DNA of 62,667 bases, counting the filler, from Choristocarpus tenellus KU-1152 (Eukaryota; Protista; Phaeophyceae), in NCBI GenBank assembly GCA_964200185.2. It is 12 parts of 12 records of this genome, joined end to end, with 100 filler letters (N's around TTAATTAATTAA, not from the genome) between each part and the next. Parts side by side here need not be neighbours in the genome. Positions count along the whole stretch, not along the records: positions 24,118 to 30,325 come from CAXNAD020008679.1; positions 30,426 to 33,597 come from CAXNAD020021793.1; positions 33,698 to 40,393 come from CAXNAD020007548.1; 9 more parts are not named here. One strand, 5' to 3'. Each line of letters starts with the position of its first letter. Within the stretch, counting starts at the first letter, position 1. The notes beneath the pieces are model-generated. The model did not search any database. It had not been told where the DNA came from and saw only the letters and a list, made by a program, of their open reading frames with translations. Positions 25,217-38,832 of the stretch are shown here, in pieces. The position numbers were made by a program, and so were the translations under genes.

Positions 25217-27299
25217 AAACAAAGTTCGTATGCCCAGCTTCAAATCTCATCACTCCTAGAACTTCTCACTGCCCAAGACCACCCATTGCCCGAAAACACC
25301 ATGACAAGTCCAACGACTTGCCCGAGAAAATGGATAAATGCAGATCGGCATATCAGACAGGGTAGGAGGGGGGGGCAGATCGCAACAAACGATATCTCGG
25401 GCATGACTAAGATATTCGTACAAAGAGGTCGATCATCATATAATGTCAATACTTGTATGCGCTCAGTGGTAGCCTCTTCTCCTACTTGCCGACGATAGCA
25501 ATACAAAATAAACATATTAATACTGTGGGAAAATAAAAATTCTTCTCAGTCAGTCAGCCATCCATAATGACAATGAGACGCTGCCCCCCAAAAAACTACT
25601 TCAAAGTACTATTTTTTCTACCACCTCCCACCATCGACAGTCAAACGACTCCACCGATCGCACTAACTATTCAAGCAAGCAAGCCAACGCAGGGCATACA
25701 TGTACACGACGATCAAACGAAATTGTTGCCGCCCCCCACACACTGTCCTACTACCACCTTCGTCGGGATGGATTCCCATTTGTAGTGGGGCCCTCCAAAA
25801 GTGCTGCGACATTTACAAAAAAACATATGTACACTTTCTGCACACCATTCCGGGTCTTACTCATCCTCAATTTTGGTGATCGGCTGTTAATAGGGAATTG
25901 GAACATAATATTTCCTTGACCGTTTTCAATCTACAAGAATCTTGACATAGAACTGCACAAATATTAATTATCAGGTGTTTGTTTGAACGGAATTCTAATC
26001 AAGATCACACACATTTGTTCAATTCCAGTCCAACCCTCCTTCCCCATCCGAAGATAAGATCCCATCTGAGGCACCAGTCATTGGAAGAATAGAGTGGGGC
26101 ATGACCGGTAGGACATGATAGTGCTCTTTATCGGTCTTAAAATACCAACAGATCTTGCGCACGCGCACGATGGAGCGCTAGACTGGTCCTCATTTCAACA
26201 AAGTACTCATTGGAAATGCAGTACATTATGCATGAGAAGTTCCAACCTTGTTCCCTTTCGCAGAACAGAAGAACTAGCCCCATTAACTTTGGGTTTCAAT
26301 GAGCAACTCTAACTTCAAAAGATTATTGTGTGATATTTGGAGTCAAAGAAGATCAGGCAAAGAAAACGAGTAGGTATCATATGTGGGTATGAATGAATGA
26401 TGTCCAACTTTACATCCTTACTGTTGTATGGGGCGTGATCAATGAAATGCCTTATCTTAAATGATAGAGTATTCTGTGTCGTAACCAGTTTCCACGCAGT
26501 ATTATGTACACCCAGAACACACTTCATGCTAGCAATACCCGAAACGTTTGACAATATTCGCAGCCTCTTTTGCTGGTCAATGTTCAGGGGGTAGTTGCTC
26601 TCAGCTTCATTTACTCTGTGAAGAGTGTTGTCTGGAAAGGATCAAAGGTGTCGTATAAGGGGAAGTCGATATTGTTAAGAAAACGATTCCTGTGAGAGTT
26701 TTCTGATTTTGTATCTCTACCTCCGTACATCTTCCGACCCAATGGCAAGACGTATATTCAAAGGATTTTTTCTGCTACATCCACAGATCCCTGATGGGAG
26801 TATACCTTGATATAGGATACGAATATGGGGGTGTCATGCATCATATTCGTAAGCCCCTTCAAAAAACAAAATGCGCTAAATTTCCCCCCCTCAAAGATAC
26901 CTTGCCCCAAAATGCATCTTCATGTATACGTGTAAAAACCTATGTTGCGCAAGTGTTAACATCGTACTGGGTATGGTATTACGTACTCCTCCTACAACCC
27001 TCCCAAAGAAGGCAGGGGACGTTACGAATGGAAGGGGTGCCCCTGATCAAAACAAAAAAATACTCCTGTTCTCCCGGACTCATTGAGCGTAGCAACACTC
27101 ACTGGGCAGGCATCACCTTGGCATAGAACGCCTGTTACATAAGCTGCACAGTGCAACAAGTGGAAAGTAAAATATCATGTTCCTACGACCACCTAAACAC
27201 TTGAAGATTCACTTATTGAACGAAACCCTTCAGAATGGGAAACAACACACGATCACTACCTAAACATGAAGAATTTCAAAACATAGTGCTTTTTCCAAA

Positions 27300-28983
27300 T
27301 CATGTTTTTCCACCATTGGTACTCCTTTTCTTCTTCATCTTGCGGGGAGATGAACCAACACCCAAGGCATTCCCGTTATCGGACACCTCGCTAGCAGAGC
27401 GTTTCCTCCCAAGCTGTGGTTTCTGTCCCTTTTGTCTTCTCTTTCGTTCGTTGAATGCACTCTCACGTTCATCAAAACCCTGTACGTCATCAAAGGTGAT
27501 ATTTTATCATGGAAGGGAGAAAGGAGTGGGAGAGGGGGAACAGGGGGGAATCGAAAACAATAGCGTATGTCAGAGGATGCAGTGCATGACCAGGTGTGTT
27601 CGTGCAAACTCCTCAGCGAGAGGGGGATTGGGGGTGAATCAGAAAGCAAGTTTCAGAGTACTATCCTACATCATGAGACCAAAATGATCTGGTTGTAGGT
27701 TGACACCAAAGAAGGCACACCTTACAGTATCAAAAACGTAATGTATTCATTGAGGAGAGAGGGCTACAAAGGGAGGACCGTAAAAGTACTTCAAAGCATG
27801 CATTATGGATATGTGCGCCAACTTCTACTGAAGTGCTTCCGTTTCAAAAAGTATCCTTTGGATGATATAGAACCAGCTGTACTATACAGTTTATTGACTG
27901 CACATGGCATTGAGACCACTGAACAAGAAGTTGGGGGATCGAATCCCAACTGAATCACCTTTTTTACTACCTACAGGAAGGGGATAGATATAGAGTATGG
28001 TCATGGACAAAAGAGGAAATGAGAAAATTGAGATGACAACTTGGGCAAAGCGCGTGGTTGATGGGGTGATCGCTTACGTATCTTTTCTACCCCATCATGT
28101 TAGCAAACAAAAGACCGTAATTCTAGAGCTACCACTTAGAACCACAACTTTTTTCTTCTTCTTTTTAGTGCAAACTGGCTTAACAATGAGAGAGTACTTA
28201 ACTGGCAAATAAATATATATATCACTGCAGTCAGCACGAACCAAGAAACTCTACTTTAACTTTAACTTTTTTTTCCAGTCAACTTGAGTTCGAGTCTCCT
28301 ACTATCAAAAACTGGGCCTCTTCAAGATCGTACTGTACTTACAAACTAGAGCGCGAAAAAGAAATAAATATATATTTACAAAAACAATAAAGAACATAAA
28401 GAAGCAGGCCCCAGTAGCTTTCTCGCCACCTGGTAGGCATCTCTAGCAACCCACCCCCCTCTTGATGGACTAAGAAAAACAAGACCCTAACCCTAACCCT
28501 AACCCAAGATTCACAAAAATATCAATACAGTAGTAGTTGGGACATTATACAAAAAGTAAAGAAAATATGTACACAGACTGCCAACAGTATATTTATATAT
28601 ACATAGATATATTTATCAATAGCATATGGCACTCTCAGTCAATAAGATGACCCCCCCCCCCCCTTGCTGCACCCCCTACCTCCATGAAAAAACTTTCGAA
28701 ATATTTCCTCATAGTATTCTTTTTTATTTTATTACTACTATTATTACTACTACTACTACTACTACTCTGAAAGCAGGGTGCAGCTTTGGTCAGCAACCAA
28801 CTAAGTCACCGCCTGCTCTTCAGGAACACCACGTACATGCTCCATGAGTCGCATCTTGGCCACTCTCGAGGCCTTGGAAACACGGTTCAGTAGCTTGAGC
28901 ACATCATCTTCCTTTACCTCCTCACAGAGAGACAGCTTGCTGGAGGTGTACGACTCGATGTTGTGCACCAGATCGATGTCATA
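27300..28983 (-). CDS. DDX49: DEAD-box RNA helicase DDX49/DBP8, last two exons (28837-28983, 27300-27479)
   Basis: YDIDLVHNIE..EVKEDDVLKLLNRVSKASRVAKMRLMEH|GFDERE..basic tail, stop; clean phase-0 GT-AG junction; fits DBP8-type C-termini better than DDX47. Confidence 0.72.
28485..28505 (-). repeat. Short interstitial (CCCTAA)3.5; another (AGGGTT)4 at 29894-29917
   Basis: Read directly from sequence. Confidence 0.8.
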
Positions 28984-30870
28984 CTAAAAAAAATAAAAAA
29001 AACCCCACACACACACAATGAAAAGCAAAGGTGGGGAGGGTGAAGAAGAGGCGTGGTGGTCGAGAGGCATCTATCTATCTTAGGCCCTCATATAAAGCAA
29101 CAATCAAATAACACCTACCTCAAATCTATTCTTCAAAAGCATGCATGCATGTATGTGTGTATTCATCCCTTTCCTTCCTTGCAAATGCAAGAAACCACGG
29201 CTTGTCTGAACAACAGACAGGGACTTCAGCAGAGATAGATGAGGGTCCAAACCCCTCCTGGAAAGAGAACAAAACCACAACAAATGTCCCCCTAGGGGCT
29301 GTCCAGTCCGGGACATTTGTTTTGACAATGGTCTATCTTCCTTGCTCCGCATTATCTACTTATTTTTTCTTTTCATTTTTTTCTTCCTTTCTTCCGCCTC
29401 ATAAAAATTCAAACTTGCACAAATAATAACAATAATAATAATAATAATAATGATAGTACAGAAGTTGGTCACTTTGCGGAATGCGTTTTATTTCTTTTAA
29501 AAGCAAAAGGAACCGAATGTTTGTCCTCAAAAAAATATAAAAAAAAACAAATCAATATATTAGGCACCACATGGACAGTAAACGTTATATCAAGGAAACA
29601 CAACCGTATGCGACCCGAGGTAATGGTAGTGTTATGTGCATCATATTGTCCGAGATGAGGAGAGTTAAAAGAAAGACGGCAAAAGTGAATGAAGGCATCC
29701 CATTGGTTCCAATAAAATGCCGATAAAGAGAAAAAGTGAAAGAAGGTATCCCATTGGCTCCAACAAAACGTCCATGATATTCCGCAGACGTTGTTTGACA
29801 CTTCATCGGTGTACATATATATATATATACAGTTTGTTGTTTCAAAGTACTACAAGTATTTATTAATTAAAAAGAAGTGGGAAAATCAAGTAGAGGGTTA
29901 GGGTTAGGGTTAGGGTTTGGTGAGCGAGGTAAAAAGAATAAAAAAGAAAAGTATAATTTTAATAATTTAATCAACTCTTGGGATTTATTTATTTTAATTT
30001 AGTTTCCCCCTCGTGCATTGCTTCTAATAGTATCATCCTCTATTCCTAACTCAAGTTTCCTCCCCCCCCCCTTTGTGTTCTTTTTTCTTTCTTCATTAAA
30101 TAAATCAACGCCTGTGTCTAGGAAACCCCATCTCTGTCCGTACCCCTTTTGCACCTGAGAGGTCGGTCGACCATACCGTTCAAAAAAAAGGAAAATATTT
30201 AAACACAGACGCGCACAAAAAAAAAAAACTTCTGAGGACGCCACACGACTTCAAATAACTTCATTTTTAAAAACATTTTTTTTTTTTATTATTTATAAAT
30301 TTTATTATTCTTTTTCTTATTATTANNNNNNNNNNNNNNNNNNNNNNNNNNNNNNNNNNNNNNNNNNNNTTAATTAATTAANNNNNNNNNNNNNNNNNNN
30401 NNNNNNNNNNNNNNNNNNNNNNNNNAGATACTTTGAGCCTGGGTGGTGTTCTTTGTTCAGTTCATTGTCTCTTCCTCTGGATCACATCTGGGAGAGCGGT
30501 TCATGCCAGGGACCAGTGGTGACAATACAGTCTTAACATCTCTTGATTCCGTACCTCCCAATACAGCAGTCTTTGGAATAGAGCTTCTGATTGAAAGTAC
30601 CAGTCCTTTGTCATTCCCTTTCACGGCCACTCCCCCCAGTTTGACTCGAGTCCCCAGATCCTGTCCCCCATGGTTACTAAGCAGAATCTTCTTAATCCTC
30701 TCAGACTCTCCACTCAAGCCAAGTCGCAAGTCAAGGTAGTATCATCCACACAACGGGGAGAATAGCAATGCGACCATCCTCAGACCATCCTCAGACCGCT
30801 AGAAACAAAGGCAGTTGCTTTGCTCACTATTGGTCAAGTCTTGTAGAAGACCAATATACTCCCTTCGAGG

Positions 30871-30964
30871 TCCTTGCATCATACATTACTATTCCATACA
30901 CCTTTGTTTCACACGTTATTATTCCATGCATCCTTGCATCGTACGTTATTATTCCACATGTCCT
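30871..30964. repeat. 30-bp tandem repeat x3
   Basis: TCCTTGCATCATACATTACTATTCCATACA / CCTTTGTTTCACACGTTATTATTCCATGCA / TCCTTGCATCGTACGTTATTATTCCACATG. Confidence 0.85.
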
Positions 30965-33900
30965 AGGCCCGACCGCAGAGGCAGAAGAGCGCCTTCGCAG
31001 CCTTCACCATCCACCTTGACGATGATACTATATATCCCTTCAAGTACGCCAGTGCTAAGCCCACGGGCAATGGACGCTCCAGGCACAGTAAGCCCGTGGG
31101 CAATGGAAGACAAGGTTTCACGTTCGAGATTTAGCACATTACTGATGCACCTGCAGAGCGTTACAATCCCTAATTCTGGTGGCAATTAAGACACCTTACA
31201 CAGTCCAAAGGTGTGGACAGGCCCAACACCTTACACACTAATTCCAGTGGTCCGATGCCGTCTAACATAACCCAGACCACCATTGCCACTACAGCTGAAC
31301 TTCACACACAGAGCAGACACGACGCACTGCCTGTCATCGGACACATCTGTGTGTCATGGCCATTCCTCCTTCGATGCTCAAGGTTTAGTCCCCCCAAGGC
31401 TATCAAATCCAGCCCAGATTAGGTCTAACATGAGCACACCTAGGACAACTTACACAACTTCATCATTGCAGCCTCCGTATGAAGACAGCCATGGAGATGA
31501 TAGAGACAGATTGATCCCCAAATGATGCCCCTTGTACAAAAAAAAGTCAGGATAGAAATGAAATGGAGTCATCACAGGGTTCCTGTTGCTATAACGTGGT
31601 TGGAACGCAAGAAACAAAAAGCGATTCATTGTTGATACCATTGTTGTATAAGCTGGCAGACAATTAGTCGCCCAAATATCCAGAAGATGACAAACGCCTG
31701 AACAGCACCATGATCTCCTTCTAGAATATCGACCCTCTTTCAGAATACCTAGGTAGCAATTAACAACCAACGAGATAATATGTATGAATATAATGGCGTG
31801 TTTTCCAACATCAATATACCAGTTTGTGCGTTGTATGTAACTTACACCTTATTCTCGATCGATATGATATTGATACTGATATTTATACAGTATTGATATT
31901 GATATTGATATGTCTCCATTAAACTACCCCTTCGGTATGATTTTTAAAAAACACACTTTTTTTTTTTTTTCGGATTGACCATGAGCTTCTATGCACTCCA
32001 TTCCGGATAACGACAGTTACAAAATACTTGAAACGCCTCACAATCCAATAACAACACTGGAATCCCTAAATGCTAGTCCAAATGGACTTACAAAAACACA
32101 ACACTCCCAAGAGCCTGTATGTTCAACACAAAAATTGACACACTACAGACTACAGCCCACACACAACTCACCAAAAAAATATTATTAACAAAACAAACCA
32201 CACCCTACACTGACTCAAACTGCTAGCATGGATGCTGTCTTGATGTCTCTTCTGCTGACAAATTAGATAGGACTAACAACCTGTTCAGTTACCACTACTG
32301 CATGGTGTTGGAACATACCCTAATGTAGTCAAGACACCTCAATGCTCCTTGTTGTCACAAGTACCATACTAATCTTAACCTCAACCATAGCAAATAGTGA
32401 TAGAGATATTAACAAGGCCAGAAACACACTAAAAATAGATTTTACTGCCTGTAAGCCACTGTTCTTTAAAACTATTGGTAATATAAACACAAAAATATAA
32501 CTCTAAACACATTTCAGTCAGTCACACCATTACCAATGCAATTGCAGCAAGGTGACCCAACAAACCTCAGACCCCTCCCAGCTGTTGTATCGATCTCACT
32601 CTGGGAGGCGTTTTAAGTTCAACATCACAATACAAGTAATAAAATAGTAATAATAGTATTAGTAATAATAATAATAACAATAAACAAACCTGTGCCCGAT
32701 GGATTGGTCTTCTAACCACTCAAAACCTCAAACAGGGATCGAATATCCAACCAAAGACCACCAAGACTCTCTGCTTCATACACTGTAAGTATACACTGTG
32801 CTCACATACACTGAAAAGACTCACTGTTGTTGACAGTAGTTCATTTTTTATTTTATTGTTATTCTTAGTATAACTATCACTATTAATGTTATTATTTTTA
32901 TTTGTGATGAATGGTGAAAGTATCAAGGGACACACTCCATCAAAATTGTGTATTCATTATTATTTGATCAAACAACTTCTATCAACAAGGAAAACTATTA
33001 TCACCACTGTTGTGCTATTGACTTACATCCTTAAAGTACACTTCTATTATCATCACACCAAAAGAGTAAAGTCCCTGACTCACTTCCTCCTCTCTCATCA
33101 CAATATATAGCAGTGTTAATATTTATCGCTATATATAAAAAAACAAATATAAGTGAAAGCACACGGCAAAGATATAAAAATATGAAAAAATAAACATACA
33201 AAAATACAATATTAAAAAACGTACAATTTACGCATACAATACCTCTTGTCCACACTGCTTACACAAGATATGTTTGATTATTTAATGTATCACAGACATA
33301 CAGGTACTACATACATACAGATGTATCTCCAGGAAACCAACAACTAGTGCACTATACAATCAAAATGTCTTTGAAATAAAAAAAATAAAACATAGAACTT
33401 CAGAGTGCATCCATACATTTCTTTTATTAGAAACATCAAATAACATCACACCCCATCACATCACGTCACGTCACACACACCCCAATATAAAATATGCACA
33501 AAACTCAATAGATGCTTTCCACAACACCCCTTGCACCACCCCCCCCCCCCCCCCCCCCCCCCACCCACCCCCCCCCCCCCCCCCCCCCTCCTCCCACNNN
33601 NNNNNNNNNNNNNNNNNNNNNNNNNNNNNNNNNNNNNNNNNTTAATTAATTAANNNNNNNNNNNNNNNNNNNNNNNNNNNNNNNNNNNNNNNNNNNNTCC
33701 CCCCCACCCCCAGATACGTTGAGTCTGACAATGAATACAATGTCGTATGCCTCCTGATGGGGATGATCTTCATAGCCTCCTCTGAACCACAGCCAGAGAG
33801 ATGCCTTTGTGCCGGGTGATCCCCTTCTGTAGCAAAACAAGGACAGGATCAAGGATTCCTTGGTTCCTCAGCTGCTTATAGTGCTTTCATAATATGCTGA

Positions 33901-34842
33901 CACTTGACTCTGAGACGCTAAACTTGCCATCAACTCATTCGGAGTCACCTTTTGACAAGGGCACCATTCCTGCTAACTACATGAAGATCCACGATCACAG
34001 GTCTTCTCTCTGAATCCGTCAGAGTCGTCCTCTTTCGTATCTCAGCATCCCTTTCCTTCCCGGACACATGGTCTAAAGGTGGTTGGAAGGCCTTTGACCT
34101 TGACCTTCGAATCTTGAGGCCTGTTTGTCCCGGATATGGTGGATTGGCGTGTACCTTCCAAAAATTATTTTCACAAAGTGTGCAAATTGACGAATCAGCT
34201 CTCGTATATTTCAACTCAAAAGACTGCATCAGGAAATTAGTTGTATGGAGTTACGACGTTTGATGTCCGTATCAATGATTTGTTTCGAGAGAGGTAGAAT
34301 GGATTGATCGGTTGACTGAATTTCACACAACAGTTCAAAGTATGTTGCATTGATGCTCGAAATATATAAACACACAAGAGACATTGTAAAAAACAAGGCA
34401 ACAACTTGCAACATACTTGAACCTGTGGTCAGAAAGGCAATGCGAAAATGAGAAAATAGAGATAGGATCTATGTACCAAAAGATGAAGATCTACCAGTCA
34501 AATTCACGGAGAAAAGAAAATAACTAGCAGAAAGAAACTCAAAATTCAAGGATCCACTACAGGACCAAGGCCCACAATTGGTTTAAGAAGGAATAAACAC
34601 CATATGCACTTCAAAGCACCTGGGTAAAGTTCTTACACCTGCTAGGTACAATCTACTACCACCGAAAACAACAAGAGTATCCTAGTTTAGACAAAGGAGT
34701 CCTCCAAGTTCCCTTCCCTTCTGAATAGGAAAAGAAGAAAAGGAGAATATTCTCAGTAGGCATTATCACACGTGGTTGGTGGTCAAGGCCACTTTCGCGT
34801 GACAGGCTGTAACTGCCTTGATCTCACCAGCGGCATGCCAGA

Positions 34843-35020
34843 GGCTCGAAGTACCTGGGGGGGAGGGTGGGGTCTACGCCAGGGTATCCATTCCACCCCT
34901 GACCAGGAGAAGTGCACTTACATTATCGATCTGATGCATGCCACCAAATCACCCAAATATCGCGATACGGAAGAAAGAGCCCCAACTGGACAGCCGCCAC
35001 TCCCCCAGATACCTTGAGCC
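34843..35020 (+). mobile_element. MITE family B, full length
   Basis: GGCTCGAAGTACCTGGGG...CCCCAGATACCTTGAGCC; flanks AGA/AGA. Confidence 0.9.
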
Positions 35021-35059
35021 AGATATCCATAAAGAATTTGGCTCAAACCTCCACACATC

Positions 35060-35660
35060 TATACCACCAGTTTGAGTCTTTTGCAAGAAAAAAACACTTA
35101 TCAGCTGGGATGTCGAAAACGTTTAGATCGTCTTGGAGATACCATCGTCAGTTTTTCTCTTGACTTCTGTTATCCCCCTTTGGTGACTGAGCTGTGAGTT
35201 ATCTGGCATGAGGTTTTGGAGCAATCAATCACCATCTGTTCATGACATTAAACCTGCAAACAACAACGTCCTGGAGGATACATACTGACTTGGACTCAAC
35301 GTACTCACATCCCAATTCTTTGAAAGGCTTCTTTGTAAGCCATGGGGTGATCCATACGTTTCCGTTAATGGAACCCAACGAAGCGCAGATGTAGGAAATG
35401 TCAGTGTTGGGCACAGAGTTGGATGTAGTGGTCCTTTCTTAGTGTCCACGTCATGCATTCATAAAGCAGACAGGTTCGATCACTTTTGCTTTGAGCGTCA
35501 AAATCTTCAGCTCAAGTGGTGTACCTACAACTCAGTGATGAACAATTTTGTTGTACTTCTTGAAGCGCCCCCACGCATGCACCAGTCCGAAAACTGCTGC
35601 TTTTATAGGTCGCAAGGGTGAAAGAGGCGCTTCCTCTGATATTAGTTTGCATAGAAAAAC
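35060..35660 (-). mobile_element. Degenerate non-LTR (RTE-like LINE) ORF2 C-terminal relic
   Basis: AWGRFKKY..PLELKILTLKAKVIE..LLYECMTWTL across frameshifts. Confidence 0.75.
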
Positions 35661-37727
35661 AGCACAGCTTCTTACACACATTCCACACCAAATAAAACAA
35701 AACTCGCACATTATGTGTGGGTAGATTGTCAATTTCATGTCCATAGAAGTACATAAAATTCATTTGAAAGGTGTATCCTCTCCATCCATAGTGCAGTACA
35801 GTGGTGCATGTGTTTTGAGGGTACCGTATTGGTAAGAACAGGAGAGATAGTACTCCTCTGCTACAATGTACATGAAGGAAGAAGTGTGACATGGTGTAGA
35901 GAACTTCGGGTTGGAGGAATGACTTGGATTAATACGAAACTCAGAAATTTGTTGTCTCGCTCTGAATCAAGTGACATTTATCTAAATTTTCCGACCACAC
36001 CGATTTCTCAAATTCCACTGAACCACCAAAATGGACTGCGGACAATTCTTATGAAAGGCACAACCAATCCCCAACATTCCGTATCCGACAAATTCAGTAT
36101 TTTGGAAAGTGATTATTAGACTGTTAATTAAATCGGTAAAAAGTCACTCTCAGTAGCAGCAGTGATTGGAGACACTATAGCAACGAGAGTGATCAGAATT
36201 TGTTCATCTACAGGTGTATTTATTGGTGGAAGATAGACACTATGGTGTCTGTGACCCACTATCAAGAAGTTACAACTTACAAGTGCACTCAATGAGGTAT
36301 ACCCCAGAAGGCTGTAGGTGCAAGGTCAGGGTTGACGGAGATTGCTGTTTCAAGACCACAGAAAGGGTAGACTAGTCGAAATGTCTTGATAGAAGGGTGG
36401 AGGTAAATCTTATCAATCTTGTACAACTATTTCATGTGCCAATAAGAAGTCTGCCTGAGTGTTACTATATTGGTCCTCCAAAGACAGCGGCACATTCAAC
36501 CTCTTCCATTGCCTCTCTTTCCACCCATCATAAATCTACAACAAAGCTCAATCAAGCAGCCTAGTGGAAGAGTTCATACAGGGACATTGTATGACAACAT
36601 CTATGAAAACGAAAAATCCATCTAGACTCTTCTTCCCTTTCACCCTACCTAGCTACAACTCTAATCCTGACCCTAGGAAAAAGCAACCTTGGATTCCACA
36701 GTCTACTCTTGCTTTGTGCTATTACCAACATTCCTACGAAAAACATTCAGGAGTCACCCCTTTCTCCTCGCAATGTGTCAATGACTTTGCATCTGGATAC
36801 TCAGCTCAAATACACACATAAGTAACATATATATATATAGTCTTAACTCAGGTCGCAGACAGTGCATCACTCTCGAGTATTGAGCTAAGGCCTATTCACC
36901 CCGTGAGCTACATATATGTATGTATGTAGTTCCTAAAGCAGGGCATTGTCATTATATCTTTATGCAAACAACAGTTTCAAAGAAAAAATGACCTGAACAA
37001 CAACCAACCACATGTGAGAAAAATGAGATAAATAGTTAACATAGGCAACACAACCCTTTTTTCTTTTCACTCAGATAGAGAAAGCTAGCTACACAATTTT
37101 CCTAATGCTACATAGGTAGGTACATGCATACAGCATAAGGGAGGCCTACATATGCATGTATGATGATCTTGTCTCACACATGTAAACAGCTGTCAAGGTG
37201 TTGGAAACACTGCATTCTGAGGTATCCTTGCGTGCAGGAGAATGCAAAATTATCTGAATGATGATGAACTTGTGGTGAGTGCCTGGGAAAGTCTGTTGAT
37301 CATGTCTTTTGGCATATACATACTTACGTAAAATGAGTAATCTCACATGATCATCATCTTAACGATGTGTGGATCAAGCTCAAACTCTAACCCTCGTAAC
37401 CCTTAGACACTGAGAATATTAGGGAGCTATAATTCACCCAGAAAATGACTGCCTACGCCAAATTAAAAAAAAATAGACCTAGAAATGCTGAAGCAAAAAT
37501 AAGTGAGTATAGTGCAAAACAAGTCTTCACCCTGTGCAGGCAACACCCTACATTCTCCATCCTGCGTGGTATTTCCGGGCAACATCACAAAGGAACTTTT
37601 TTGCTGCTCAAGGAAACCAACCAAATAAAGATCAAGACATTATTTTCCTACCTCAACAAATGACCTTTCATAGGTGAACTCACTACCCTGTATCAGGACA
37701 TCGAATCATCATGGTAGGTAGGACTGG

Positions 37728-37860
37728 TCCCCATCACTAGGAGTCGCATCCAATGTTGGGACTTGTACCCAATACTGGGACCAGTAGTCACTATTGGGAT
37801 TTATACTTATGGTTAGGACTGATGTCCATCCCTAGGATGAGTACTTATCACTGGAACTAG
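37728..37860. repeat. Degenerate 19-bp minisatellite x7 (consensus ~TACCCATyACTGGGACyAG)
   Basis: Seven contiguous units with exact 19-bp period. Confidence 0.75.
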
Positions 37861-38573
37861 TACCCCTCATTACTCCAGGTGACCTTGAAGTCTGGATATG
37901 CCTCTCGGCAAATGACCGCCACACGCTCATGATCTGCCCTCCCAAACTGCATGCTGTATCTGATGATTGGGCGAGGGAGGGCATTGGTGGGGAAGGATGG
38001 CACAACAGGTTATTTCTACAATTTGACCACACTTTTATTTCCAATATCAAAGAACTTTCCCAACCGAGCCTCAGGCTCAGGGAGTGCAAGCAATATATAC
38101 CAGCAGCTACAGGTAGAAGTAAAGAAATAGATATCTGTAACTGTCTTCATATTGTCCTCTCCCCTTCTCATGTAGTAGTGTGCTCATAGCACTGCCCTAC
38201 CCTTCTACCAGTAGCACTATGTTGTCTTTTCGACCCCATTCCCTTCTACTTCAGATATTTCTAGGGAATAGATCCAGTAAAACTTCCAAATTCTTCTTGG
38301 CATCATGGTGTTATCCATATAGTACTGAAGAGACTGTGCAGCTTGTCTCACATGATTTAGGGCACGACAATTACCTAGCCACCAACGGATATTGGTATGT
38401 AACATTTTTGGGACAATGTATTTGAGTGTTTTGCAAATGCACACAAAATCGCAAACATAGTTTCCACCTACTCGAAATAAGAGCTTGTGCAGTTTAAAAT
38501 ATATTCCTCCAGTTTGCAACCAAAGTGGAAGGTATAACAGGAGTAGTGGTAATATATAACATAAATATATAAT

Positions 38574-38832
38574 GAGCCAAAGTATCTTAGAGGGTAGAGC
38601 TGCGTCCATTTGGAGGTCAAAATCCAATGTTGCGATTTTGATGTAATTTTTGGCTATCGTGCTTGTTAGGAAATGTCAATATCCTTGTTCCGTACACACC
38701 TTCTTATAACATATACATTTTACCTACTCCATAACATTTCGGAGTAGGAAAATTTCATTAAAAACCCATGGGAAGCCAAGTCCCCAATGGACAAACAGGG
38801 AAAAATTCATACCCTCTAAGCTACTTTCATTC
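38574..38832 (+). mobile_element. MITE family A
   Basis: Both TIRs; perfect TSD TAAT/TAAT. Confidence 0.93.

Noticed and set aside
27885-27965. tRNA/SINE-like GTTGGGGGATCGAATCCCAAC followed by a T-run, inside the DDX49 intron
   Set aside because: Cloverleaf and A-box could not be supported by eye.
30871-30964. 30-bp repeats as a CRISPR array
   Set aside because: Contiguous repeats with no spacers, no cas genes, eukaryotic context.
33720-34230. Exon-like minus-strand ORFs (also 39453-39749)
   Set aside because: No motif recognised and no consistent gene model.
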